Assembly (NCBI GenBank): GCA_965203425.1
Contig: OZ241891.1
Span: 91,289 to 155,288, forward strand
Direction of reading: 5' to 3'
DNA: 64,000 nucleotides
DNA from: Limisphaerales bacterium
GTDB lineage: Bacteria > Verrucomicrobiota > Verrucomicrobiia > Limisphaerales > AAA164-E04
Part shown: one piece after another, positions 45,698 to 55,990 of the stretch
Layout of the letters: the number at the start of each line of letters is the position of its first letter
How positions within the stretch are numbered: position 1 is the stretch's first letter
Position numbers and translations under genes: made by a program
Notes under the pieces: model-generated
Seen by the model: only the letters and a program-made list of their open reading frames with translations
Told to the model about the DNA's origin: nothing
The model's database searches: none

Positions 45698-46879
45698 ATG
45701 ATTAGCCTGAATTGCATGTTGGCTTCGTATAGAAAGAATTGGTCGGTAGAAAGAGGTTTTGCGCTCTTGTCCGCCGTTATCGGGTTGCAGTTCGTTGCTT
45801 GGGCCGAATTCGGCACGGCGACAAAGAATTCATGGCCTATGTTTCGCGGGAGTTCGTCGCTTTGCGGAGTGACGCCGGCGCGTTTTCCAGAAAATCCATC
45901 GTTGAAATGGACTTTCGCAACAGGAACGCCGGTCAAATCTTCCGCCGCCATCCACGGCGGGATGGTCTTCGTCGGCGCAGACAACGGAATCTTATACGCT
46001 CTCGACCTCCAAACCGGCCAGGCAAAGTGGCAACGAAAGACCGAAGGCCTCCTCGAATCTTCGCCGCTCGTTTGGAAAGATTCCGTATTCATCGGCTCCG
46101 GCGACGGATATCTCTACGCATTCTCAAAATCTTCCGGGGAACTAAAATGGAAGTATGAAACCGAAGACCAAATTCTGGGCGCGCCCAACTGGGTCAAGTC
46201 GCCGGATGGCTCGGCAGTTTGGATTCTGGCGGGAAGCTACGACTTCTTCCTTCACTGCGTGGACTCTGCAACCGGGAAGTTAATTTGGAAATACGAAAGC
46301 GGCAATTACATCAACGGCACTCCGGCCGTGTCCCAAGACGGCAAAACGGTCTTCGGCGGATGCGACGCCCTCTTGCACGTCGTTTCCCTAGCGGATGGAA
46401 CAAAAGTCAAAGAAATTGAAGCGGGCGCCTACATCGCAGGTTCAGCGGCAATGGCCGGAAATTCTGTCTTCGTCGGCCACTACGAAAGCGAATTTCTCTG
46501 CGTCGATCTGGAAGAATCCCGGGTGAAGTGGCGATTCAGAGACCGCCAGTTTCCCTACTATTCCTCCCCCGCAGTGACCTCAAAATGGGTCGTCTTCGGA
46601 GGGCGCGACAAACAACTTCACTGCCTAAACCGCGAGACCGGCGAGCCGCATTGGAAGTTTGCAACCCGGGGAAAAATCGACAGCTCCGCCATCGTTTCCT
46701 CAGACGGCAAAGTGGCCGTAGGATCGGATGACGGCCGTCTTTACATCCTCTCTTTGGACAAAGGAACAGAGCTTTGGTCATACGAAATTGGCGCTCCCGT
46801 TACCGCGTCGCCGGCGGCTATCGAACACTGGATCGTAGTAGGTTCCGAAGACGGTTCCATATATGCATTCGGAAACTAA
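45698..46879 (+). CDS. PQQ-like beta-propeller repeat protein (BamB-like fold)
   Basis: Repeated units with G.LYALD..TG...W and S.P......V.VGS.DG.LYAF patterns. Confidence 0.75.
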   Translation: MISLNCMLASYRKNWSVERGFALLSAVIGLQFVAWAEFGTATKNSWPMFRGSSSLCGVTPARFPENPSLKWTFATGTPVKSSAAIHGGMVFVGADNGILYALDLQTGQAKWQRKTEGLLESSPLVWKDSVFIGSGDGYLYAFSKSSGELKWKYETEDQILGAPNWVKSPDGSAVWILAGSYDFFLHCVDSATGKLIWKYESGNYINGTPAVSQDGKTVFGGCDALLHVVSLADGTKVKEIEAGAYIAGSAAMAGNSVFVGHYESEFLCVDLEESRVKWRFRDRQFPYYSSPAVTSKWVVFGGRDKQLHCLNRETGEPHWKFATRGKIDSSAIVSSDGKVAVGSDDGRLYILSLDKGTELWSYEIGAPVTASPAAIEHWIVVGSEDGSIYAFGN

Positions 46880-46885
46880 TTAGAA

Positions 46886-48241
46886 ATGGATATGAAAGGC
46901 AAAACAGACACTAATATCAACGACCCCAAGCCCCCGCCCCAACAAAAGGACACCACGGTCGGCAACTACTTTATATCCAACTACCCCCCCTTTTCCTTTT
47001 GGAAAAAGGAAAACATTGCTGACTTTCAAAGCGCGTTGACCCGCCCGTCCAGCCCTCAAACTCCTTTGGGACTATACCTACATATTCCATTCTGCCGCAA
47101 ACGTTGCCATTTTTGTTACTTCCGCGTCTATACGGACAAGAATGCGACGGCGATACACGGCTACATTCAAGCGGCGATCAAGGAATTAGAATTATATCGC
47201 CAACATCCCTTTATCGGGAATCGCCAAGTGGATTTTGTCTACTTCGGAGGAGGCACACCTTCTTATCTGTCCGTGGACCAACTAACACAATTGACTTCCG
47301 CAATGAAGCGCGTCTTGCCGTGGGACGCCTCCCGGGAAGTCACATTCGAATGTGAACCGGGGACGCTGACGCCGCATAAATTGAAAGCCATCCGAGAGAT
47401 TGGTGTGACGCGACTCAGCTTGGGTATAGAAAACTTTGACGACCATATTTTGGAGATCAACGGACGAGCGCACCGCAGCCGGGAAATCGAACGCGCCTAC
47501 AATTGCGCCCGCGAATTAGAATTCCCCCAAATCAACATCGACCTAATTGCAGGCATGGTAGAAGAAACGGAAGACAATTGGAAGCGATGCGTCCAAAAGA
47601 CTCTCGAACTTTCTCCCGACAGCGTCACCATTTACCAAATGGAAATTCCCTACAATACCACCATTTATAAGGAAATGAAGGCGCAAGGCAAGTTGACGGC
47701 GCCGGTAGCGGACTGGGAAACCAAACAACGCTGGGTGCAAGAAGCATTCGAATCTCTGGAAGCCGCCCGTTATACAATCGGTAGCGCCTATACAGCCGTA
47801 AAAGACAAATCAAAAACACGTTTCATTTACCGAGATCAATTATGGGCCGGAGCAGATTTGTTAGCCCTCGGCGTTGCCTCCTTTGGACACATCGGAGGCA
47901 CCCACTACCAAAATCAGCACGACTTTGAGCCTTATATGAACGACCTCCGCAATGAGCGTTTGCCGGCATGCCGCGCGTTAACACCCAACGCTGACGAGCG
48001 ATTGATTCGCGAGCTTGTTTTGCAGTTAAAATTAGGCAGCGTCAGCCGTTGCTATTTTAGCGAAAAGTTTAAGGTTGATATTCTGAATCAATTTGCCAAG
48101 CCGCTGCGACAAATTCAGGAGTGGGGTTTTCTTTCCGTGGAAGGCGACAAAATCCAACTGAACCGGGCGGGCTTGCTGCAGGTAGACCGTCTCCTGCCTG
48201 AGTTTTTTCTGCCGGAACATAGAAACGCCCGATATGCTTAG
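46886..48241 (+). CDS. HemN-like radical SAM protein (coproporphyrinogen III oxidase family)
   Basis: LYLHIPFCRKRCHFCYF (CxxxCxxC), GGGTPS, RLSLGIENFDD, and a HemN_C-like tail. Confidence 0.85.
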   Translation: MDMKGKTDTNINDPKPPPQQKDTTVGNYFISNYPPFSFWKKENIADFQSALTRPSSPQTPLGLYLHIPFCRKRCHFCYFRVYTDKNATAIHGYIQAAIKELELYRQHPFIGNRQVDFVYFGGGTPSYLSVDQLTQLTSAMKRVLPWDASREVTFECEPGTLTPHKLKAIREIGVTRLSLGIENFDDHILEINGRAHRSREIERAYNCARELEFPQINIDLIAGMVEETEDNWKRCVQKTLELSPDSVTIYQMEIPYNTTIYKEMKAQGKLTAPVADWETKQRWVQEAFESLEAARYTIGSAYTAVKDKSKTRFIYRDQLWAGADLLALGVASFGHIGGTHYQNQHDFEPYMNDLRNERLPACRALTPNADERLIRELVLQLKLGSVSRCYFSEKFKVDILNQFAKPLRQIQEWGFLSVEGDKIQLNRAGLLQVDRLLPEFFLPEHRNARYA

Positions 48242-48803
48242 AGAGCCCGCCACTTGCAAAACCACTGCCGTCGGTTCTCTCAAACAGCTGTTGGCCAATG
48301 CGTTTGATCGCCAAAGGGCGCGCCATCCCCAACTCCGCCCATTGTCCGCGGCCGCCATTCCCCAACCCTACCGAAGCCTATTGGTCCATAATTCGGATAT
48401 GACCTCCACATTGAAACATTACCATCAAGACGATCTCTCACTTCGTGTCCTTCATCTTGAAGTTTCTCCGTCAGAACTGCGTCGGGAGGTGTTATTATGC
48501 CGCTGCGCAGATGGAAAACCTGTGGAATACGGCGTCATTCGCGTTTTGTTGCTGGCCTTTGCGCCTCCTGCTCGCGAGGCGATACTGAAGGGGCTTGTTC
48601 CTTTAGGCCAGATACTAGATACTTTTGGCATCCTGTATTTGAGCCAACCGAACGAATACTTTAGGATTAACGACAACGAATACCTCCGGCGGCGGTTGGA
48701 TGACCGAAGCACTGCTGAACGATTTGGACGCGTCAATACTTTGAGCCGTCCCGCAGGCGGCAAGTTAGCGGAAGTAGTGGAAATTCTTCCTACAATAAAA
48801 TAA
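48234..48803 (+). CDS. Hypothetical protein (possibly chorismate-lyase/UTRA-like fold)
   Basis: Translationally coupled by an 8-nt overlap. The weak resemblance to DUF98/UbiC-like proteins is a guess from overall pattern only. Confidence 0.35.
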   Translation: MLREPATCKTTAVGSLKQLLANAFDRQRARHPQLRPLSAAAIPQPYRSLLVHNSDMTSTLKHYHQDDLSLRVLHLEVSPSELRREVLLCRCADGKPVEYGVIRVLLLAFAPPAREAILKGLVPLGQILDTFGILYLSQPNEYFRINDNEYLRRRLDDRSTAERFGRVNTLSRPAGGKLAEVVEILPTIK

Positions 48804-48835
48804 GTCTTTGCGGTCGCATCAGGCGGGGTTGCAAC

Positions 48836-50176
48836 ATGAAGAACTATAACGAATACGACGTAGTGATTATAGGAGGCGGTCCGGCGGGTTGCAGCGCGGC
48901 AGCGATACTCGCAGAGGCGGGGCGGAAGGTTCTTGTGTTGGAGCGAGAAAAGTTTCCTCGCTACAAAGTGGGAGAGTCGTTGATTCCTTTTACCTATCAT
49001 CCTCTCAAACGGCTGGGGCTGATCGACTGCATGCGGGATTCACATTTTGTGAAAAAGTATAGCGTGCAGTTTGTTTCCCCATCCGGCAAAGCCTCGCAGC
49101 CGTTTTACTTTTCTTCGCGCTATGATGAAAACGTGGCGCAGACTTGGCAGGTGTTGCGTTCTGAGTTTGACCAAATTCTCATGGAAAACGCGCGGGAAAA
49201 GGGCGCTATAATTTGGGAGGAAACCCGTGTTTGCGGGCTAATCAGCGAGGGAAACACAACGCGAGGAGTGCGAGTCCAACGCGCGTCCGGTAGCGAGACG
49301 GCGTTAACCGCTTCCATGACTCTGGATGGCTCCGGCAAAGAGGCCTTTGTCGCAACGAAAAAACGGTGGCGCAAGCGCGATCCCCGCCTGAACAAAGTAG
49401 CTGTATGGACCTACTACCGCGGAGCGATGCGGGATAAAGGCATAGACGCCGGCGCTACTACGGTGGCTTTTGTTCCTGAAAAAGGTTGGTTTTGGTACAT
49501 CCCGCAACACCAAGACATGGTAAGTGTCGGCGTGGTGGCCGAAGGAAGCTATTTGACCCGCGGCGGACTCAAAGACCCCGCTGCTATTTTCAAACGGGAG
49601 ATCGGCCAAAACCTTTGGATAAAGGAACATCTGGCGCCCGGAAAACAAATCGGAAAGCACTATGTTACCAGCGAGTATACTTTTCGTTCCGAGTATTGCG
49701 CCGCAGAGGGGCTTCTTTTGCTTGGCGACGCCTTCGGTTTTTTAGACCCCGTGTTTTCATCGGGATTGTTGCTGGCGCTCAAGAGCGGCGTTCTAGCTGC
49801 AGAGGCGGTGGATCGCGCGTTGCGGCAGGGAAATTTAGATCCGTCCCAGTTCCAATCGTATTCTTCCGCAATGAGGCAGAGTATTGAAAACATGAGAAAA
49901 TTGGTGTATGCTTTTTACGATCCCAATTTTAGTTTCCGGCGACTGACCGAAAAATATCCACATCTGGCCGGCGACGTCACCGATTGTTTATCCGGCGACG
50001 TGAATAAGGATTTTTCCCGCTTGTGGAAAGCAATCGGCGAGTTCGCCTCTCTTCCTGAGGAACTGCCCTACGGAACTCCAATGCCGGACGCCGAAAGTTC
50101 CGGCTTGCCGCCCTCGTCTTTTCTTTCCGGCCGCAGGCAGACTCTGCCGATCTCAACAGAAGTCCAGCGTTTCTGA
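48836..50176 (+). CDS. FAD-dependent oxidoreductase (geranylgeranyl-reductase / flavin-halogenase-like)
   Basis: YDVVIIGGGPAGCSAAAILAEAGRKVLVLEREKFPRYKVGESL (a GxGxxG Rossmann motif followed by the K-x-GES motif), later LLLGDAFGFLDPVFSSG. Confidence 0.8.
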   Translation: MKNYNEYDVVIIGGGPAGCSAAAILAEAGRKVLVLEREKFPRYKVGESLIPFTYHPLKRLGLIDCMRDSHFVKKYSVQFVSPSGKASQPFYFSSRYDENVAQTWQVLRSEFDQILMENAREKGAIIWEETRVCGLISEGNTTRGVRVQRASGSETALTASMTLDGSGKEAFVATKKRWRKRDPRLNKVAVWTYYRGAMRDKGIDAGATTVAFVPEKGWFWYIPQHQDMVSVGVVAEGSYLTRGGLKDPAAIFKREIGQNLWIKEHLAPGKQIGKHYVTSEYTFRSEYCAAEGLLLLGDAFGFLDPVFSSGLLLALKSGVLAAEAVDRALRQGNLDPSQFQSYSSAMRQSIENMRKLVYAFYDPNFSFRRLTEKYPHLAGDVTDCLSGDVNKDFSRLWKAIGEFASLPEELPYGTPMPDAESSGLPPSSFLSGRRQTLPISTEVQRF

Positions 50177-51489
50177 TGAACATTCTGCAGGTCACGCCCG
50201 GCGCCGGAGGCATGTATTGCGGCGCTTGCTTCCGAGACAACGCCCTCGTGGGCGCATTTCGGCAGATAGGACACTCGGTCGTTTTGCTGCCGCTTTATTT
50301 GCCTCTCACTTTGGATGAACCGGATCAAAGCCGTGGCGCTCCCATTTTCTTTGGCGGAATCAACGTTTACCTGCAAGAAAACTCAACGATCTTTCGCCGG
50401 TTGCCGCGCGTTTTGACCCGATGGCTGGATTTCCCCCAACTCTTGAAATGGTCCGGCCGATTCGCCAGCCGAACGAGGCCCGAAGACGTGGGAAGCCTCA
50501 CCGTTTCGATGCTCAAAGGAGAAAACGGCAATCAGGCTAAGGAAATAGAATTCTTGCTAAATTGGCTGCGGCAACAGCCAAAACCGGACGTAATCAACCT
50601 CTCGAACGTCCTCTTGATTGGTTTGGCGCGGCGTTTGCGCCGGGAATTGCAGGTTCCCGTCATCGCCACTTTGCAAGGCGAAGACGCTTTCTTGGACGCC
50701 CTGCCAGAAAAAAACCGCGCCGAAGCCTGGCAAGCTCTCCGCGAACGGGCGGCGGAAATCGACCAATTCATCGCGCCGAGCCGCTACTTCGGCGAGTTGA
50801 TGCAAAACCGCATAGGTTTTGACCAAAGCAAACTCCGCATCGCGCCGAACGGAATTCGACTGGATGGATACGGCCCCACCGACGCGCCAAGCAACCCGCC
50901 AGTCTTGGGTTTCTTCGCCCGAATGTGCAAAGACAAAGGACTAGACACACTGGTGCAAAGCTTCCTGATATTGAAACGACAGAAAAAAACCAAACACTTG
51001 AGGCTGAAAATCGGCGGCGGACTGAGCCCGACGGACAAACCTTTCGTTCGACAATTGAAAACTCAATTGAAACAGCATGGTTGCGCTGACTCCGCCGAGT
51101 TTCATCCCAACCTTTCCCGCGAGGAAAAGATCGCCTTCCTGAAACAGTTGACCGTTTTCTCGACGCCGGCGCTTTACGGAGAAAGTTTCGGGCTTTATGT
51201 CCTGGAAGCATTAGCCGCCGCCGTTCCCGTCGTCCAACCTCGCCACGCCGCCTTCCCAGAAATCCTCGATGCCACCCAAGGCGGAATCCTTTGCGAACCG
51301 GGCGATCCTCAAGCCCTGGCCGACGGGATCGAATCCCTGTTGCTGAATCCGAAAAAAGCGCGGGAAATGGGCAAACGAGGCCGACAAGCCGTTTGTCGAA
51401 ACTACAGCGTCCACGCTATGGCCCAACGCATCGCCGCCATCTACAAAACCATGCCCTCACGGCAGATTTCCCCTCGCCCCTCAACCTAA
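50176..51489 (+). CDS. Glycosyltransferase family 4 (GT-B)
   Basis: ATGA overlap with the upstream stop. MNILQVTPGAGGMYCG, then STPALYGESFGLYVLEALAAAVPVVQP with a GT4 E-x7-E-like region. Confidence 0.8.
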   Translation: MNILQVTPGAGGMYCGACFRDNALVGAFRQIGHSVVLLPLYLPLTLDEPDQSRGAPIFFGGINVYLQENSTIFRRLPRVLTRWLDFPQLLKWSGRFASRTRPEDVGSLTVSMLKGENGNQAKEIEFLLNWLRQQPKPDVINLSNVLLIGLARRLRRELQVPVIATLQGEDAFLDALPEKNRAEAWQALRERAAEIDQFIAPSRYFGELMQNRIGFDQSKLRIAPNGIRLDGYGPTDAPSNPPVLGFFARMCKDKGLDTLVQSFLILKRQKKTKHLRLKIGGGLSPTDKPFVRQLKTQLKQHGCADSAEFHPNLSREEKIAFLKQLTVFSTPALYGESFGLYVLEALAAAVPVVQPRHAAFPEILDATQGGILCEPGDPQALADGIESLLLNPKKAREMGKRGRQAVCRNYSVHAMAQRIAAIYKTMPSRQISPRPST

Positions 51490-52110
51490 ACCACCTCGGC
51501 GCCTGCCAAAATCGCATTTTTCAAATTGGCTCCTCCTCAAAACTCAATTGCGACAAGTCGACATTGCGCAAAAATAGACAAAAATCATCCGACCTTCACT
51601 TCTTTCATTGCCTTTGAAACACAAAATCATCCTCATTGCTTATTTGAATAGCAAAACGGAATTTTAGTTCCCGATTCCAATTCATACAACACTCTGTCCG
51701 CGAACAAAATCGACAACGAAAACGCGATCCTTATTAACGAAACAACTAAAACCTGTCCGCACAAGCTGAATTGACTTTCCACACTCACAAAATTCACAAA
51801 AAAACACCCAATCACCCAACCCTTCCTCTTAAAAAAGCCACAACAACCCCTACCTCCTTCGAAAAAAATCCCAAAGCAAAGTTAAAAACCCAATCCCCTT
51901 TGCAAATAATAGCCACTAGCCCAACTACAAATCACATCACAAAAACCTCGCTTCCCAACTTGCGAAAACAAGGATTGAGAAAAAAGCACAATTGCCATCG
52001 TCGTTGTCGGTTGCCAATCCCAGTTTTTCCTTCCACACAAACCACTACGCCCCGACCCCCAAATCTCTCAGTAATCTTGCTTTCTCCTTTTCGTATCTTT
52101 TGGAAGTGGC

Positions 52111-52136
52111 GGCGAACAACCACAAAACCCAACGCA
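52111..52136. repeat. Copy 1 of a 26-nt motif GGCGAACAACCACAAAA(C/G)CCAACGCA inside the coding desert
   Basis: Read directly. Preceded by AAGTGGCGGC, which also recurs at 52458-52467. Confidence 0.8.
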
Positions 52137-52495
52137 CCCAACTGCACAACAGCGTCTGCGAACCATAAATCACAAACATTGTGCGCAGATCACTAGCCAA
52201 CAATCCTGAAATCCCCTCCACTAATTCGCTAATCACCAACCACAAACATCAAAGCACAAAGCACCGGCCGCTAGTTTGCCCGCACAACAACTAGCCGGCT
52301 ATAAATCGCTAACCGTGCCTCCTCGCCAATCGCTAACTGTTGGAGACGAGCAAAGCTATAAATCACAAGATACCAGCTACAAAACTGTGGGCAGTTTGTC
52401 ATTTTTGTCGCTCGCTACATACACCAAAAAATCCCCAACACCAAACCAAGTCTACAAAGTGGCGGCTTGGGCTTGCCGTTTCTTATGAAAGAGGT

Positions 52496-52521
52496 GGCGA
52501 ACAACCACAAAAGCCAACGCA
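52496..52521. repeat. Copy 2 of the 26-nt motif (1 mismatch to copy 1)
   Basis: Read directly. Same orientation, 385 nt downstream of copy 1. Confidence 0.8.
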
Positions 52522-54545
52522 AACAAATCAAACGCAATGCGTATTCTTTGGGTTTGAGAATGATTCTGCTGTGGACGATAACCCGCACCAAGCCATTAGT
52601 GTTGCCGCTAAGAAGGGGACGTAAGCCTCTGCTCTTTGATTAGGAGAAACCTAATAGGTCCACAGAATTATTGTCGCTTTGCGCATGGAAGTCGCTAATG
52701 AGCTTGTTGATCCAACCCGCTCTTGCCTAAGAAGAAGGCAGATTGGTAGAATAGAACAAACGGCTGAAGAAGCGAATTCCCAAGGGCATCGTATGGATTA
52801 TCCTAGTCCACCCAAAAATGCTCAATCGTTCTGCCGTTAGCGCTGACAATGGCAATCATCGGCGCGTTGAGACACGAGCGGCAAAGTCAATGTTGGCGTT
52901 GGTTCTGCCTTTGCCCGAAATTCTCTTTCTTGCCGAATCGATGTCTTCGATATTAGAGCTCGCCAATCAGAAAGAATGGAGAAAGTTCGCATCCTTAGAC
53001 TTGCTGGCGTTGTCAATGTGTCTGCCGTTATCTGAGAAGTAAATTTCTCAACTGTCTTGATTGCGAACATTTCTCTCCCCGCTAGATCTTATCGAGTTGC
53101 CGGCTTGTGTTATAGAGGGCTTGGAGAAAAACCAGAGGGGTCTGGTTGGCCTTGTTTTGGCTATGGTAGAGACAATATACGACTGCGCTCAGCTTTGCTT
53201 TACAGAAACCAAAGAAGAAAGCGCCGACACGAGCAACGCCGCTAAAAGAGACTTCCGGCTGATGCTGGTTGCTTTCGTTTTGACGCAAACACAAGGGGAT
53301 TCTCTTCCTCATGTCTCCTCTGAACTAGTTTCAAAATCTAAGAGACTGCGGATGCGAACCAATCCACGATGGAATCCACAAAGGCGATTTATGTTTTGGA
53401 GGAACGCTTCTTCGCCGGCGTCCAGCGATGCTTGGGAATGCGTTCTGGCTGGTTCGCTGTCTCTGGCCGGATGCCTTGTCCATTCTCAAAATGCGAAAAG
53501 GGAAGAAAAGAGGAAAGGAAGTTTGTTAGAAACGACCAAGAGCGCCAAGAAGCGCGTCATCCCATCTTGCCGTTGTGGGGAGGAAGTTTTGTTGGATTGA
53601 TGTTTCTGGGAGGTTTGGTGTTGGGGGATTCGTTGTTGGAGTGACTAGTGGTGAGAGGGTGTTTTTATGTAAGCTTTATAGTCAACGGTTGAGGTTGCTT
53701 TTGAGTTATTGGATGGTTGAGGGTATTCTGCGGGGATTGCTATGTTGTGAAAGGAATGATGCGGTGAAGGGATTTCTGTTGCTGGCGGTTGTCTATGCAA
53801 AAGAAGGAAAAGAGGAAGAAAGGTTAGGGTGGATTGGGGTTGGTCGGGGGAGAAAGGTAGGCTTTTATATGGGGAAGTATTTTATGGATTGCATTGGGTT
53901 TGTTTTTGCATGATGCATGCGTGTGGTTAGGGTTTTCAAAGTTTGGGGATTGTAAAGGAGGGAGGGAGATGGTCTTTGTGGTTGGTGGATTGGGAGAGTA
54001 GGGGGGCTTGCAGGGGATTTTTTAGTTTTGGCGTCCGTTGGGGATTGATTTTGCTGATTGGGAATGCTTGGCTAGGAACGTGCTGGTTTCTGGTTGTTGA
54101 GAAGTGATGGAGTTTGTTGGTTTCGGTATTGGCGTTTTTTGGATGCGGATGAGGGGGCAAAAGGAGAAGTAGTCGAGAGGATGTGTGAAAGGGCAAATCA
54201 CTGGGCGATGACTTTGCAAAAAAGGGGAAGACTTTGCTGTTTTTGCATTGTAAACTGCTGAATGCTAATTATGGATTGTATGGTGGTTGGCTAGGTGGGA
54301 GTCTGTAGAGAGAGTGGTTGGTTTTGTAAATCTGTTGGTTGAGTTGTCTTTGCTAAGGGGATAGGTTTTTCGATGTTTGTTGGTTTGTTGGGTGGGGAGG
54401 ATGGTTTTGGCGGTAGAGGGGATTTTGTGCGGGTTTTTCTCTTTTTGTTTGGGATGGGTTGTTGGGATTTGTTTTGGTTTTCTATGGGGATTGGTTCTCG
54501 TTTTTGGTGTCTCTCTGTTTGTGGAAACGTGCGCCGGTTGGGCGT

Positions 54546-55766
54546 TTAGCGAAGCAAGTGGCAGAACATGCCGTCCCGCAGTTTGGGTTCAAACCAAGTG
54601 CTTTTTGGAGGCAGGACGCTGTCATGGTCGGCGACGGCTATCAAGTCGGTGATGCGGAGGGGATGCAGAGAAAAGGCGACGCTGTTTGGGGTTTTGTCCG
54701 CTAGTTTTTCCAGTTCTTTGGTTCCTCGAATGCCGCCAATGAAGGAGATGCGTTGGCTTTTTCGAGGATTTTTGACGGCCAGCAAGGGTTGTAGTATTTG
54801 GTGTTGGAGGATTGCGGCGTCGAGAAGGTCGGCGGGATTTTGGGTTAGCGAAGTTTCCGGGCGGAATTCGATCTGGTGCCAGCGTCCGGCGAGATACATT
54901 CCGAATTGATGTTTGGTTTTGGGTTCGACGGGAGTGGTGGATTCGGCAACGGAGGCGGTTTGCTGAATTTTTCTTAGGAATGCTGTTGGTTCCCAACCGT
55001 TGAGGTCGTGGACGAATCGGTTGTAGGGGAGGATTTGGACTTGGTTGTGAGGGAATAGGACGGTGAGGAAGAAGTTGCTGTGGTTGGCGTTGCCTCGCCG
55101 TCGGGCTACTGCAGCGGCGGCGGCGCTTCGGTGGTGTCCGTCTGCAATGTAAGTGTTTGGCATGTTAGCGAATTGTGTTTCGATGAATTGAGCGTCTTTG
55201 GGGTTTTGGATGATCCAAGCGCTATGGCGAACGCCGTCGTTGCTTGGGAAGTCGATTGCGGGAGTGGATTGGGCAATTTTTTGGAAGAGCACGTCCAGTT
55301 CAGCGTGGGCGGAGTAGACTAAAAATACCGGACCGGTTTGGGCGTCAAGGGCTTCTATGTGTTGGACTCGGTCTTCCTCTTTTTCCGGGCGGGTCAGTTC
55401 GTGTTTTTTGATGAGGCCGGAATCATATTCGGCGCAACTGGACACGGCGACGAGGCCGGTTTGTTTGTGCCGTCCCATAATTTGCCGGTACAGAAAGTAG
55501 CGGGCGTCTTTGTCTTGAATCAAAAGGCCATCGCGGATGAGGCGGTCGAAGTTTTCCCGGCTTTTGGCGTAGACGGCTGCATCGCTGGGCGGGGTTTTGG
55601 CCGGCAGGTCAATTTCTGGTTTGCTAACGCGAAAGAAACTGCGAGGGCGGCTGATTGCGGCCTGCCTCGCTTCTTCGGTTGACAGCGCGTCGTAGGGAAG
55701 TTCGCAAATTTGCGCCGCTAAGCCGGGCTTGGGACGCAACGCTCGGAATGGTTTTACGGTGGCCAT
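54546..55766 (-). CDS. DUF1015 family protein
   Basis: MATVKPFRALRPKPGLAAQICELPYDALSTEEAR is the family N-terminal hallmark. Later IADGHHRSAAA. Confidence 0.85.
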   Translation of the reverse strand: MATVKPFRALRPKPGLAAQICELPYDALSTEEARQAAISRPRSFFRVSKPEIDLPAKTPPSDAAVYAKSRENFDRLIRDGLLIQDKDARYFLYRQIMGRHKQTGLVAVSSCAEYDSGLIKKHELTRPEKEEDRVQHIEALDAQTGPVFLVYSAHAELDVLFQKIAQSTPAIDFPSNDGVRHSAWIIQNPKDAQFIETQFANMPNTYIADGHHRSAAAAAVARRRGNANHSNFFLTVLFPHNQVQILPYNRFVHDLNGWEPTAFLRKIQQTASVAESTTPVEPKTKHQFGMYLAGRWHQIEFRPETSLTQNPADLLDAAILQHQILQPLLAVKNPRKSQRISFIGGIRGTKELEKLADKTPNSVAFSLHPLRITDLIAVADHDSVLPPKSTWFEPKLRDGMFCHLLR

Positions 55767-55990
55767 GAAGTCAATCTTGCCTACCGGAATCAAAACACAA
55801 GGCTGTTCCTTGGGTCAAAGAATTATTGCGCGAAAATCCCGACGCGAAAAATTCACAAAAAGTTCTTGCTTTGTTTCAAAAATTTCGGCTAAGTGTAACA
55901 GATTGATTTTGTTCAAACATGACAAACGCACACCGCAGAGGCGCGTAAAATGGCCCGATTGACGCGCTTAATTCAGCCCATGGGAGTTTC

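Noticed and set aside
51771-53913. ORFs of 141, 179 and 112 aa inside the coding desert
   Set aside because: The T/P/K/N-rich or G/V/L-rich low-complexity translations simply mirror the CA-rich and GT-rich DNA. They have no start context or motifs. The region is treated as non-coding.
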